Below are positions 51,344-63,210 of a stretch of DNA of 64,000 nucleotides, in pieces. The notes beneath the pieces were generated by a model, which saw only the letters and a program-made list of their open reading frames with translations, made no database searches and was not told where the DNA came from. Each line of letters starts with the position of its first letter. Position 1 is the stretch's first letter. Origin of the DNA: Leucoraja erinacea (taxonomy: Eukaryota); NCBI RefSeq assembly GCF_028641065.1, contig NC_073403.1, positions 4,898,001 through 4,962,000 of the forward strand, in the 5' to 3' direction. Position numbers and translations under genes: made by a program.

Positions 51344-52233
51344 CTATAGAGGAGGCAGACAGGGTTAAAATGCACCGCCTAAAAACACAAACCATTCCTT
51401 GCAATTTGCCAAATTCTACTATTTGATACAAATCATAGCCGTGTGGCCTAGGGGCTTCCCTGGTCAAAATGGGAGATAATGGGGAAGTGAGATCTCAGGC
51501 ACACAAGCATAACATAACATACGCTCCAAACAAAACTACATTTAAGGCAAAGTATAAATTTAAAGTGTAAGTGCGTGATCACTTGTCATAGTACTCTGTT
51601 AGGAACAGTGGACATGAGGTTTTGGTTTATGTACAGGGACCATTAAAATGACACGGGCAGGTACAAACATCAATGGGATGTTAGACAACAACCAAAGGGC
51701 CAGAACATCAATGGGAAGATGTGGGTGCTACCGCTTCACCACACTGGAGAATTGCTTCAGAAGGAAAGCAGAGTAACAAACCGCAATGGCAGAGTGAGGT
51801 TCAGCACTCTGGCTTTTATATGGGGCAATTTGATTAAAAATAATAGGACTTTGACAGAAAAATAGGAACTGTTTAGGGGGATATGGACAGACAGATAAAT
51901 GGTATCAGCTTACATCACCACAGAAAGGTTGAGTCGAAAGACACGTTTCTTTGCTGTGTTACTCTATGACAGCAGGACACACATACAGCAGGCAGAAGCT
52001 ACAATGAAAAGGAGATCCAGAAGCACCTGCCACAAACAGCTTGGCAGGCCGCTCAATGTTAAATCTGAGTACAACCTGAATCTGCGAGCCAGGGGGCACG
52101 CAGTCAAGACAGGATAAGCATATGAAGCTCAATCAGGATGTTGTACAGGTGAACAGAAGCTTCTGCTGCCACGAGGCTGCTCAAGGGCAAAGCGTGAAAC
52201 TTTATCCTAATGCATTCAGATAGAGCTAAATGA

Positions 52234-52236
<3 letters not shown>

Positions 52237-52264
<28 letters not shown>
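52237..52264. repeat. Poly-G tract in an ATP5MC1 intron
   Basis: 28 consecutive G. Confidence 0.9.
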
Positions 52265-52957
52265 AAGGAATGGACACCTTCTCCATTGATGTGTATGCTT
52301 TACTATTCAAACTGAGCATCTCCCTCCCATATTCTCACCCAAACATCTACCAATTCTTGGTCCCAGCCAAAATCCACTGGAAGGAACTCCAGATTTTCAC
52401 TCCACGGAATTTGCGCTTCACTACACAGAAGCAGCAACTCTGTTGACCCAGTCAACCGCCCACCTTAATGGCCTGGTGAAGAACTCTGCTGCAGGCACCA
52501 CTGGATAGATTGGAACCCAGCACCGAAGGTCGTTTGTATTTAATTTAGCAAAGGCAACCAATGGTACTGGCCCTGGGCTCCAATGGGGAGGGTAAAAGCA
52601 GAAAAATCGCCAATCTATCCCTGAGAAATACCATTGGCTGTTTTATGCCACGTTCTATACAAATAGGCATTACTACTGCCGTTTTAACAGCAGCAATTAA
52701 TTGAACAGATCAATCTGCTACAGGCACAAAGGAGATGCGTAAAGTGGCAAATTGCTTTTCCTGTACCCAATCTTTTAATCATTTTATTTGTAGCAGCAAT
52801 CCATTTTGGGGAAGGGAAATGTCCGTCGTGCTTTTGACTTGCATTGCACTTGGCGAGTGTCACTGCCACCATGACAAGTGGCCAAGAGCAGTCTGACAAT
52901 CGTGTCATTCAACAACCCCATTTCCTAAACTCCACGAGGTTTCAAAGAAATTTGCAC

Positions 52958-53035
52958 CTGTTCATTTCGGAGCTCTGGTCTGCTTAGGACAGAGGCCGAC
53001 ATAGGCCTGAGGAATGTCCTTGAAGTGCTGCGAAC
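52958..53035 (-). CDS. ATP5MC1: ATP synthase subunit c, second coding exon (mitochondrial presequence)
   Basis: tttgcag|VRSTSRTFLRPMSASVLSRPELRNEQ|gtgcaa, 78 nt. Confidence 0.92.
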
Positions 53036-54047
53036 CTGCAAACAAAAAAAGGTGCTTCAATAATAAAATAAAAAATCCTCGTCCTACTTCAAACCCAATC
53101 GCCATGCGCCATGCCCACTCCCCATTGTCCCAAAGACAATTCTGCCCAATGGCTAATGATTCAGACACCTCACCCAACCATCTCCACTTTGAGCATGCAT
53201 GTTACCTCTCTACCCAACCACCCACAACCCTCTCCAACTCTCCAAGGTAAGAGAATGGGGTTGATAAAAAAAGGACCAGCCCTGACCTAATAGCAAAGCA
53301 AATTCACCCGTCTTATGGTCAACGGCTCAAGGCATCCTATAAAGATCATGACCCACAGTTAAACCACCTCTTTTCTGCAACCCACAGTTAAACCACCTCT
53401 CTTCTGCAAAATGGTGCCAGATCAAGGCAACTCTTTGCATGCTCTTCCCAGAGTTGGATCTACTACCATCACTCAACTCTTCCAATTATCTTTTCTACAA
53501 AGTACCACCCCTTTGCTTATTTTATTGTACTCAAATTTGAATTGATGGGAGTCCATGTATGATGTGCCTGAACTGTTTAGATAGCCTGCAAGACAAAGCT
53601 TTTCACTGCCTCAGTACAGGTGACACTAAAAGCCTGAACCCACATTTCTTCAACATATACCATTACACTTGAACATCACACATCCTTTCCAAGCATCAGT
53701 ACATTTCATTAGAAATCTACCAGAAACTGACCATCAAGGTTTGCCATTTTCTGAGCAGCACAAGGTCAGATACGAGACACTAGCAAGGTAGGGCACAATA
53801 TGGAGAAATTGCTGATATTGGAGATTGCAGATAACATTTCTTGTTCCAGAGAGAAGCTAATTAAGGTACACTTCATCTTTCAAGTCAAGTCATCTTTACA
53901 CCGAGCATAAAGACAATGACAAGGTGACCCACAATTATGCCAGAGGAATGTATAGCAAATCAAGGAGATTAATTCCATCGTACAAAATGAAACAAAATGT
54001 CATAGTAAAGAGCAGGGAACCACACAGAGTTTTCATCAAACACTTAC

Positions 54048-54089
54048 CACAGCAGGACAGGAGACAAACTTAGCACAAGCGTACATCAT
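54048..54089 (-). CDS. ATP5MC1: ATP synthase subunit c, first coding exon
   Basis: Acceptor ctgtag| at 54097; ACCATGATG start; MMYACAKFVSCPAV|gtaagt. CDS totals 426 nt = 141 aa + stop. Confidence 0.92.
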
Positions 54090-54339
54090 GGTTAAACCTA
54101 CAGGAAAGAAGAAAGGTTACACACAATGTCTAAGATAGACAAACGTGCTGGAGAAGATGCTGCTGCACCCGCTGAGTTTCTCCAACACTTTTGTCTACCT
54201 TCGATTTTCCAGCATCTGCAGTTCCTTATTAAACACACAATGTCTATCTGACTCGCCCCTAATGGCCTGTACTATAACCGGCACTTTAATGCGCGGAGAT
54301 AAAGGAATAATGCGATTAAGGGGGTGAGGTGGGTGGGGG

Positions 54340-55200
54340 ATGCCGAGTGAATGGGGACACGCAGGGCTGCGGCCAACACCGAGCCCCGGGGTCGGTCCAG
54401 GGGACCCTCGCCGCCGGCTGGAGGTCAGCCCGAGGTCGGGGCCGGAGGATCCTCCGCTCGGCCGCACGGGGAAGGGGTGACCGGGGGCCCAGGAGGTGGC
54501 GCTGACCGCCCGAGGTCAATGGCCGCAGTGGAAGCCTCGGGGCGCGGTGAAATCGGCCTGAGGCGCTGGGCCCCGACCACCGGGATCGCCGAACCCTCCC
54601 TCCACGCCGCGCCCGTCCGCCCACGAGCCGCAGGTCCCGGCCGCCAAAGCAGGCGAGGCCCGAGGCCTATGGTGAGGCCCACAGGCCCAACCCTCCGAAG
54701 CCCGGGGCGATTCCCACCGCACCGCGGGGTGACGGGGGGACGGAGGCCCGGGAGCGGGGGCGAGGGATGTTACCGGCGGCGGTGGTGTAGCGACGCGCGT
54801 CTGTCCGTCCGTCTCTCAGCCCCGCTCCCCCAATGGCGCCGCCGCTCACTCACCTTCTCCTTTAAGTCACCTCGAAGCTCCTCTGTGCCGATTGGCTGCC
54901 CGCGCCGGATATCCCGCCCCACCCACGCACGTCCGCTCGCCGATGATTGGCCGGCTGCGCTGAGCGGCGGCGCGGGCGGCCAATGGCCGGGCAGTCGGCG
55001 GCGGCGGTGGAAGTGGAGGCAGCGCTACCTGGCGGCGGGAGGACCGAGGGGCAGCGCTCCCTGGCGGCGGGAGGACCGCGCGGCAGCGCTCACTGGCGGC
55101 GGGAGGACCGCGGGGCAGCGCTCCCTGGCGGCGGGAGGACCGCGGGGCAGCAGCCAGCGCCCCGTCCCTGCGCGCCAAACCGCCGTCCGCTGCATTCTCA
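54340..55200 (-). promoter_or_regulatory. ATP5MC1: ATP5MC1 CpG island, non-coding exon 1 and promoter
   Basis: Very high CpG density; donor AAG|GTGAGT at 54854/54853; CCAAT boxes at ~54891, ~54946 and ~54980; GC box at ~54914; YY1-like AATGGCG at ~54832. Confidence 0.8.
55018..55151. repeat. 32-bp tandem repeat (4 copies + partial), each unit carrying a CTCF-like motif
   Basis: Unit GGCAGCGCT[AC][CA]CTGGCGGCGGGAGGACCGNGN starting at 55018, 55050, 55082 and 55114. Confidence 0.9.
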
Positions 55201-55411
55201 ACCTCAAGGTGACTTTGCATCAGGGACACGTTCATTGAGGGGAATAAGTAATTGTCACCACATCTTCACACCATGAATCGAATTAACAATCACCTCATAG
55301 ATTAATACAGTGCGGAAACAGGCCCTTCGGCCCAATATGCCCACACCGGCCAACAATGTCCCATCTGCATCAGTCCCACTTGCCTGCGCCTGGTCCATAT
55401 CCCTCCAAACC

Positions 55412-55581
55412 CCACATTTTTCATTTTTTTATTTGTATCATTTTCCTTCCACTTCACAATTATGCACCACTTTGTGTTGGTCTATCACACCAAACCCCAA
55501 TAAAATACATTTACGTTTGTGGTTGTAACGTGACAAAATGTGGAAAAGTTCAAGGGGTATGAAAACTTTTGCAAGCCACTG
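55412..55581 (+). mobile_element. Tc1/mariner terminal inverted-repeat fragment
   Basis: Ends AAAAGTTCAAGGGGTATGAAAACTTTTGCAAGCCACTG|TA, a typical Tc1 terminus at a TA target. Confidence 0.75.
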
Positions 55582-56556
55582 TATTTACAATATACATCAA
55601 TGATTTGGATGAAAGGATTCAAAGTAACATTAGCAACTTTGCAGATGACACAAAGCTGGGTGGCAGTGTGAACTGTGAGGAGGATGCTGTGAGAATGCAA
55701 GGTGACGTGGATAGGTTGGGGGAGTGGGCTGATGCATGGCAGATGAAGTTTAATGCGGATAAATGTGAGGTTTTCCACTTTGGTAGCAAAAAAAGGAAGG
55801 CAGATTACTATCTAAATGACGTCAAGTTGGGAAAAGGGGAAGTACAACGGGACCTTGTACATCAGTCTATGAAAGTAAACATGCAGGTACAGCAGGCAGT
55901 GAGGAAAGCGAATGGCATGTTGGCCTTTATAACAAGAGGAATTGAATATAGGAGCAAAGAGGTCGTTCTGCAGTTGTACAGAGCCCTAGTGAGACCACAC
56001 CTGGAGTATTGTGTGCAGTTTTGGTCCCCTAATTTGAGGAAGGACATTCTTGGTATTGAGGGAGTGCAGCGTAGGTTTACATGGTTAATTCCCGGGATGG
56101 CGGGACTGTCATATGCTGAGAGAATGGAACAGCTGGGCTTGTACACTCCGGAGTTTAGAAGGATGTGAGGGGATCTCATTGAAATATATAAGATTGTTAA
56201 TGGTTTGGACACGCTAGAGGCAGGAAACATGTTCCCGATGTTGGGGGAGTCCAGAACCAGTGGCCACAGTTTAAGAATAAGGAGTAAGCCATTTAGAACG
56301 GAGACGAGGAAACACTTTTTCTCACAGAGAGTGGTGAGTCTGTGGAATTCTCTGTCTCAGAGGGCAGTGGAGGCAGGTTCTCTGGATGCTTTCAAGAGAC
56401 AGCTAGATAGGGCTCTTAAAAATAGCAGAGTCAGGGGATATGGGGAGAAGACAGGAACGGGGTACTGATTTGGGATGATCAGCCATGATCACATTGAATG
56501 GCGGTGCTGGCTCGAAGGGCAGAATGGTCTACTCCTGCACCTATTGTCTATTGTCC
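55582..56556 (+). mobile_element. CR1-clade LINE 3' fragment
   Basis: [33 protein letters not shown], with 3' UTR ending CCTATTGTCTATTGTC. Confidence 0.9.
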
Positions 56557-56856
56557 ATGTTCATGTCATAGGAGCAGAGGTAGACCCTTCGAGTCTACTC
56601 TGCCATTCAATCATGGCTGATCTATCTTTGTTTCTCAACCCCATTCTCCTGCCTTCTCCCCATAACCCTTGACGTCCTTACCAATCAAGCATCTGTCAAT
56701 CTCTGCTTTAAAAATATCCAATGACTTGGCCGTTTGTGGCAATATATAGGATGTGGGCTTAAATTCTAAGATATTTTAAAGGAGCAACAAAGGTTTGTGT
56801 GGTACAAAATTGTATCAATCATCATCACTATCCACTTCCCGAACCTGGAGCCTCAC

Positions 56857-57110
56857 AAGTTCAAGTTCAAGTGAGTTTATTGTCATGTGTCCCTGTATAG
56901 GACAATGAAATTCTTGCTTTGCTTAAGCACACAGAAAATAGTAGGCATTTACTACAAAACAGATAAATCTGTCCATATACCATGATATAAATATATACAC
57001 ACATGAATAAATAAACTGGTAAAGTGCAAATAACAGAAAGTGGTTATTAATAATCAGTTTTGTCTGAGCCAGGTTTAATAGCCTGATGGCTGTGGGGAAG
57101 TAGCTATTCC
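56857..57110 (-). mobile_element. Rex1-type LINE 3' end in inverted orientation
   Basis: Minus strand NSYFPTAIRLLN, then 3' UTR, GACAATAAA and a (CTTGAA)n tail. Confidence 0.75.
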
Positions 57111-57146
57111 ACTGCCTGCTGTACCTGGGGGAGGGGAAAGCTTACA

Positions 57147-59154
57147 AAGCCGTCCCCCTCCCCCACCTTGGTCAGTCTGATCACCTCTCATTGTTCCTGC
57201 TCCCTAAGTACTCCCCACTCATCAGACGGGTTAAACCCACTGTGAGGACAGTTAAAGTCTGGTCAGAGGAGGCGGACTCCACACTTCAGCAGTGTTTTGG
57301 AAACACTGACTGGAAGGCGTTTGCAGCCCAGGCCACCCTTGACTCCCACACGGACATTGATTCCTACACATCCTCTGTTCTGGACTTTATAAACTCCACC
57401 ATCAATAGTGTCACCTCCCTCAAACGGGTGACCATATTCCCGAATCAGAAGCCATGGATGAACAGCGAGGTCAGGCTACTGCTGAAAGCACGGGACACCG
57501 CTTTCAGGTCAGGCGATGCTCGAGCCTACAATTCATCCAGGGCTAACCTGAAGAGGGGCATCAAGAAGGTCAAGCACTGCCATAAGTTCAGGATTGAGGA
57601 GCACTTCAACAACAACTCCGACCCCCGACGCATGTGGCAAGGCATCCAGGCCATCACGGACTATAGACCCACCAACACCACCCCCACATCCAGCGACGCC
57701 TCCTTCCTTGAGGAGCTTAACCACTTCTATGGCCGCTTCGACAGGGACAATCTAGAGACAGCCATCAAGGCTGTGCTCCCTGCTGATCGCCAACCCCTCA
57801 CACTCACCCCCTACGACGTGTACGTGGCACTGAGTAGGACTAATGCACGTAAGGCTGCTGGCCCTGACGGCATCCCCGGGCGCGTCCTCAGGGCCTGCGC
57901 TGCGCAGCTGACAGACGTCTGGACTGACATCTTCAACCTGTCACTTGCCCAAGCAGTTGTCCCCACGTGCCTTAAAACCACCTCCATCGTGCCGGTGCCA
58001 AAACACTCCACTGCGGCAAGCCTCAACGACTTCCGCCCAGTTGCACTTACTCCCATCATCACGAAGTGCTTCGAGAGGCTGGTCCTGGCACACCTCAAAG
58101 GCTGCCTACCCCCCACATTGGATCCCTATCAGTTTGCCTACCGCAAGAACAGGAGTACGGAGGATGCCATCTCAATGGCACTTCACTCCGCCCTCTCCCA
58201 CCTCGACAACAGAGACACTTACGTAAGAATGTTGTTCATCGATTACAGCTCAGCATTCAACACCATTATACCCTCTAAACTGATCACCAAACTCGGTAAC
58301 CTGGGCATCGACCCCTCCCTCTGCAACTGGATACTGGACTTTCTAACCAACAGACCCCAGTCTGTTAGGTTAGACAAGCACACCTCTTCAACCCTCACCC
58401 TGAACACCAGCGTTCCACAGGGCTGTGTGCTGAGCCCCCTCCTCTACTCCCTCTTCACCTACGACTGCACACCTGTACATGGTACTAACACCATCATCAA
58501 GTATGCAGATGATACAACGGTGATTGGCCTCATCAGCAACAATGATGAGTCGGCCTATAGGGAGGAGGTCCAGCTCCTAGCAGCATGGTGCGCTGACAAC
58601 AACCTGGCCCTTAACTCCAAGAAGACCAAGGAGCTCATTGTAGACTTCAGGAAGTCTAGGGGCCGCACGCACACCCCCATCCACATCAACGGGACGGAGG
58701 TGGAACGTGTTTCCAGCTTCAGGTTCCTGGGGGTCAACATCTCCGATTACCTCTCTTGGACCCACAATACCTCAACTCTGGTCAAGAAGGCTCACCAGCG
58801 TCTCTTCTTCCTGAGAAGACTGAAGAAGGTCCATCTGTCTCCTCAGATTCTGGTGAACTTCTACCGTTGCACCATCGAGAGCATCCTTACCAACTGTATC
58901 ACAGTATGGGATGGCAACTGCTCTGTCTCCGACTGGAAAGCACTGCAGAGGGTGGTGAAAATTGCCCAACGCATCACTGGTTCCTCGCACCCCTCCATTG
59001 AGTCTGTCCAAAGCAAGCGTTGTCTGCGAAGGGCGCTCAACATCGCCAAGGACTGCTCTCACCCCAACCGTGGACTGTTTACCCTCCTACCATCCGGGAG
59101 GCGCTCCGTTGCCGGAGCAGCAGGTCTAGGAACAGCTTCTTCCCTGCGGCTGTC
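57147..59154 (+). mobile_element. 5'-truncated Rex1/Babar-clade LINE with an open reverse-transcriptase frame
   Basis: 669-aa ORF 57191-59200 with [39 protein letters not shown] and RLFFLRRLKK; starts at the endonuclease C-terminal GQSDH motif; a small deletion near 59105 shifts the last RNSFFP motif out of frame. Confidence 0.9.
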
Positions 59155-59371
59155 GAGAGATGCTGCCTGGCCTGTCAAGTTACTCCAGCATTTTGTGTGA
59201 ATTCTCAGATGCACAGTTTGTTTGATGCATAGACTGTGATATATATTTATATATCCACATTACCTTCTTATGGCAATGAAGAGAGCCATTCAGACAGGCA
59301 TGTCTATGCTTCTAAAGCAATCCCGTCAGTCCTATTCCCCCATTTATTTTTTCTGTAGCCTATTGGAATAG

Positions 59372-59625
59372 CATAGTGGCGCAGCGGTAGAGTTGCTGCC
59401 TCATGGCGCCAGAGACCCAGGTTCGATCATGACCTCGGGTGCTGTCTGTGCAGAATTTGCACGTTCCCCCTGTGACTGGGTAGTTTACCTCAGGGTGCTT
59501 CGGTTTCCTCCCGCATCCCATAGACGTGCGGGTTTGTGGGTTAATAGGCCTCTGTAAATTGCACCAAATGTGTGGGGATTGGATGAGAAAGTGGGATAAC
59601 ATACAACTAATGTAAATAGGTGATC
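59372..59625 (+). mobile_element. V-SINE
   Basis: TGGCGCAGCGGTAGAG A box, GGTTCGATC B box and V-domain. Confidence 0.8.
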
Positions 59626-60784
59626 ACCCTTGGACGGAAACCTTCTACAGGCTGATTATGATAAAGGGGGTGAAAGCTGGGAAAGAGAGGTGGGGGCGGA
59701 ACAATGCCTGGTAAATGGGAGGTGCCCAGAATGCAAACTTGGTCAGCATAGACAAGTTAGGGTGATGAGCCAGTTGGCATGCTGTACACTCTATGAATCT
59801 AGGACACCACAATGGACTGGGTCCACGCCAACCATTGATCATCCATTTACACTAGTTCTCTATTATCCCTCTTTTACATCCATTCCCTATATACCAGGGA
59901 CAATTTACAGAGGCCAATTGACCTACAAACTCACATGTCTTTGGGATGCGGGAGGAAACTGGAACACCCAGTGGAAACACGAGGTTACGGGGAAAACATA
60001 TCATTTTTTAGCTGAATGGATAGCACGTAAACGACAAGCTTTTCACAGTACATTGATGCACATGACAATAATAATAAACTAAACTAAACTAAAACATACA
60101 AACTCCACAAACACAGCACCCAAGGTCAGGATCAAGCCTGAGTCTCTGGCGCTGTGAGAGAGCAGCTATACAAGCTGCGCCATTGTGCCGTCCAAACTAG
60201 CGTGCTGAGCAGCAGCAGCAGGAAATATCTTCAGGAAGGAAGGGAGAAATGCCTGTTAATATTTCATGGTGGACAGGATCAAATAACCATGATAAATGTT
60301 TAGCACTGACATATCTTCCACTGTCCCAAAGATTAAGGGTCACAGGAAGAATTAAAAGCATCTCATAAACATCACAGGATATAAATAACAAACAATTTAA
60401 AAGGCTGAGGTCTTTCGCAATTTAGATGATGGGTAAATCCTGCATTTACAGGAATTAAATCATCCTACAAGATTATTGCTGTGTAATTATTCCTCTGTGA
60501 TTTCTCTTTTGCTTTTTTATTTATATAAATTGAACTTCATGATTGAACCCAGGATAATTTTGAAGTTAGATCAGTTCTAAACTTTCACAATCAATTTAAG
60601 CTAAAGCTTGAGATTGAAGAAGGGTCCCGACCAGAAATGTCACCTACCCATGCTCTCCAGAGATGCTGCTTGACCCTCTGAGTTATTCCAGCCATTTGAG
60701 TCATTTTTTGCCAACCAGCATCTGCAATTCCCTGCATCCCTTATAGGTTGGGAGAGGTTGGGCAGGCTGGCACTTTATTCCATA

Positions 60785-61766
60785 CAATATATATATTAAT
60801 GATTTAGATGAGGGAATTGAATGCAATATCTCCAAGTTTGCGGATGACACTAAGCTGGGGGACAGTGTTAGCTGTGAGGAGGATGCTAGGAGGCTGCAAG
60901 GTGACTTGGATAGGCTGGGTGAGTGGGCAAATGCATGGCAGATGTAGTATAATGTGGATAAATGTGAGTTTATCCACTTTGGTGGCAAAAACAGGAATGC
61001 AGACTATTATATAAATGGTGGCCGATTAGGAAAAGGGGAGATGCAACAAGACCTGGGTGTCATGGTACACCAGTCATTGAAAGTAGGTATGCAGATGCAG
61101 CAGGCAGTGAAGAAAGCGAATGGTATATTCATAGCAAAAGGATTTGAGTATAGGAGCAGGGAGGTTCTACTGCAGTTGTACAGGGTCTTGGTGAGACCAC
61201 ACCTGGAGTATTGCGTACAGTTTTGGTCTCCAAATCTGAGGAAGGACATTATTGCCATAGAGGGAGTGCAGAGAAGGTTCACCAGACTAATTCCTGGGAT
61301 GTCAGGATTTTCATATGAAGAAAGACTGGATAGACTCGGCTTGTACTCGCTAGAATTTAGGAGATTGAGGGGGGATCTTATAGAAACTTACAAAATTCTT
61401 AAGGGGTTGGACAGGCTAGATGCAAGAAGATTGTTCCCGATGTTGGGGAAGTCCAGGACAAGGGGTCACAGCTTAAGGATAGAGGGGAAATCCTTTAGGA
61501 CCGCAATGAGAAAAACATTTTTCACACAGAGTGGTGAATCTCAGGAACTCTCTGCCACAGAAGGTAGTTGAGGCCAGTCCATTGGCTATATTTAAGAGAG
61601 AGTTAGATGTGGCCTTTGTGGCTAAAGGGATCAGGGGGTATGGAGAGAAGGCAGGTGCGAGATACTGAGTTGGATGATCAGCCATGATCATATTGAATGG
61701 CGGTGCAGGCTCGAAGGGCTGAATGGCCTACTCCTGCACCTATTTTCTATGTTTCTATGTTTCTAT
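60785..61766 (+). mobile_element. CR1-clade LINE 3' fragment
   Basis: [21 protein letters not shown] and RTRGHSL motifs; (CTATGTTT)n tail. Confidence 0.9.
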
Positions 61767-62019
61767 ATAAGCATCCATCATAGGAGCAGAGTTAGGCCAT
61801 TTGGCCCATCCTTGGAGCACAAGAGCCTGAGCAGTGATCTTCCAGACGTATAAAAAATCATGAGGAGAATAGATAGGATGAAAGCACAGAGTCTTTTACC
61901 CAGGGTGGGGCAATCAAGAACAAGAGGACATTGTTTTAAAGTGGGGAGATTTAAATAGGAACCTGAGGGGGCAACATTTTCACTCAGATTGGTGGATATA
62001 TGGAACGATTTGCCAGAGG

Positions 62020-62400
62020 ATAGACACAAAATGCTGGAGTAACTCAACGGGACAGGCAACATCTCTGGAGAGAAGGAATGGGTGACGTTTCGTGTTGAGA
62101 CCCTTCTTCAGACTGATGTCAGGGGAATGGGAGGTACATAGATAAGGAAGTGTATAGCTAAGGAAATGTAAGGTGTGAAAACAGGACAAAGGGAATGGAG
62201 ATCAAGGAAAATGTAGAATAGATCATTGTGAGTTGGGAGAAGGGAACAACGAAGCAAACTGAGATAAAATGTAGTCGGAGACAGTAAGATTGGTCGGTGA
62301 ACTGGGAAACGGGAGGGGATGGAAAGAGAGGGAAAGAAAAGGTTACAAAGTTTCTCCGACTACATTTTATCTCTGTTTGCTTTGTTGTTACTTCAAGTAA
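62020..62400 (-). mobile_element. Penelope-like 3' terminal region with hammerhead-like core
   Basis: Same terminal repeat family; minus strand reads CTGAAGA..GAAACGTC at ~62084-62112, adjoining a purine-rich PLE 3' segment. Confidence 0.6.
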
Positions 62401-62761
62401 CCCTTTCTTGTTGGGAGGGGGTTTGTGTTCAATTACACTGTATTGTTGCATGTACCCAGGTACAATGAAATTCCTTTCTTTTTGCTTACCGTTCAGTAAA
62501 AATCTTACTCGACATAGGCACAATCATCCTTCAAGTTTCAAAGTAGTTAAAAACCTAGAGCCTTAACTTGGCCATAAAGGCTTGTGTAGGGAGGAGGTAT
62601 GGATTAAGCTTCATAGTTTTGAGGCTGTGGAAAATAACAACTGACTTGCATTTTTTCTGAGTAATAATCAGTGCAGCAGATGGTAAAATTGATCAGCCTA
62701 CACTTATAACTCTTTATAAACCCAATTAATCTGATAATATTTTCAGCTTCAATCATATTAT

Positions 62762-63210
62762 GGTGGCACAGTGGTGCAGCGGTAGAGTTGCTGCCTCACA
62801 GCGCCAGAGACCCGGGTGTGATCCTGACTATAGAGGGAGTTAGATGTGGCCCTTGTGGCTAAGGGGATCAGGGGGTATGGAGAGAAGGCAGGTACGGGAA
62901 TACGGAGTTGGATGATCAGCCATGATCATATTGAATGGCGGTGCAGGCTCGAAGGGCCGAATGGCCTACTCCTGCACCTAATTTCTATGTTTCTATGTTT
63001 CTATGTGCTCTCTGTATGGAGTTTGAACGTGCTCCCTGTAACCTGCATGGGTTTTCTGCAGGAGCTCCAGTTTCCTCCCACATTCCAAAAGATGTGCAGA
63101 TTTGTGGGTTAATTGCTTTCTGTAAATTGTAAATTGTCCCTAGTGTGTAGGATAGTGTTAGTATACGGGGTGATTACTGGTCGGCATGGACTCAATGGGC
63201 CGAAGGGCCT
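62762..63210 (+). mobile_element. V-SINE interrupted by a CR1 3' end (~62832-63005)
   Basis: SINE head, CR1 3' UTR with (CTATGTTT)n, then V-domain continuation. Confidence 0.8.

Noticed and set aside
53351-53408. 29-bp direct duplication in an ATP5MC1 intron
   Set aside because: Simple local slippage duplication with no snoRNA boxes or other structure.
55204-55212. ERR-like site TCAAGGTGA upstream of ATP5MC1
   Set aside because: One mismatch to TCAAGGTCA and too short to support without conservation data.
54195-55276. 295-aa and overlapping ORFs
   Set aside because: CpG-island artefacts over the ATP5MC1 promoter with no recognisable domain.
57191-59200. 669-aa ORF as a host gene or autonomous element
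   Set aside because: LINE RT lacking most of the endonuclease domain, an ATG start and its own 3' tail.
59372-59445. tRNA-like A and B boxes (also near 8060, 9285, 11620 and 62765)
   Set aside because: SINE heads continuing into V or CORE domains; no complete cloverleaf.
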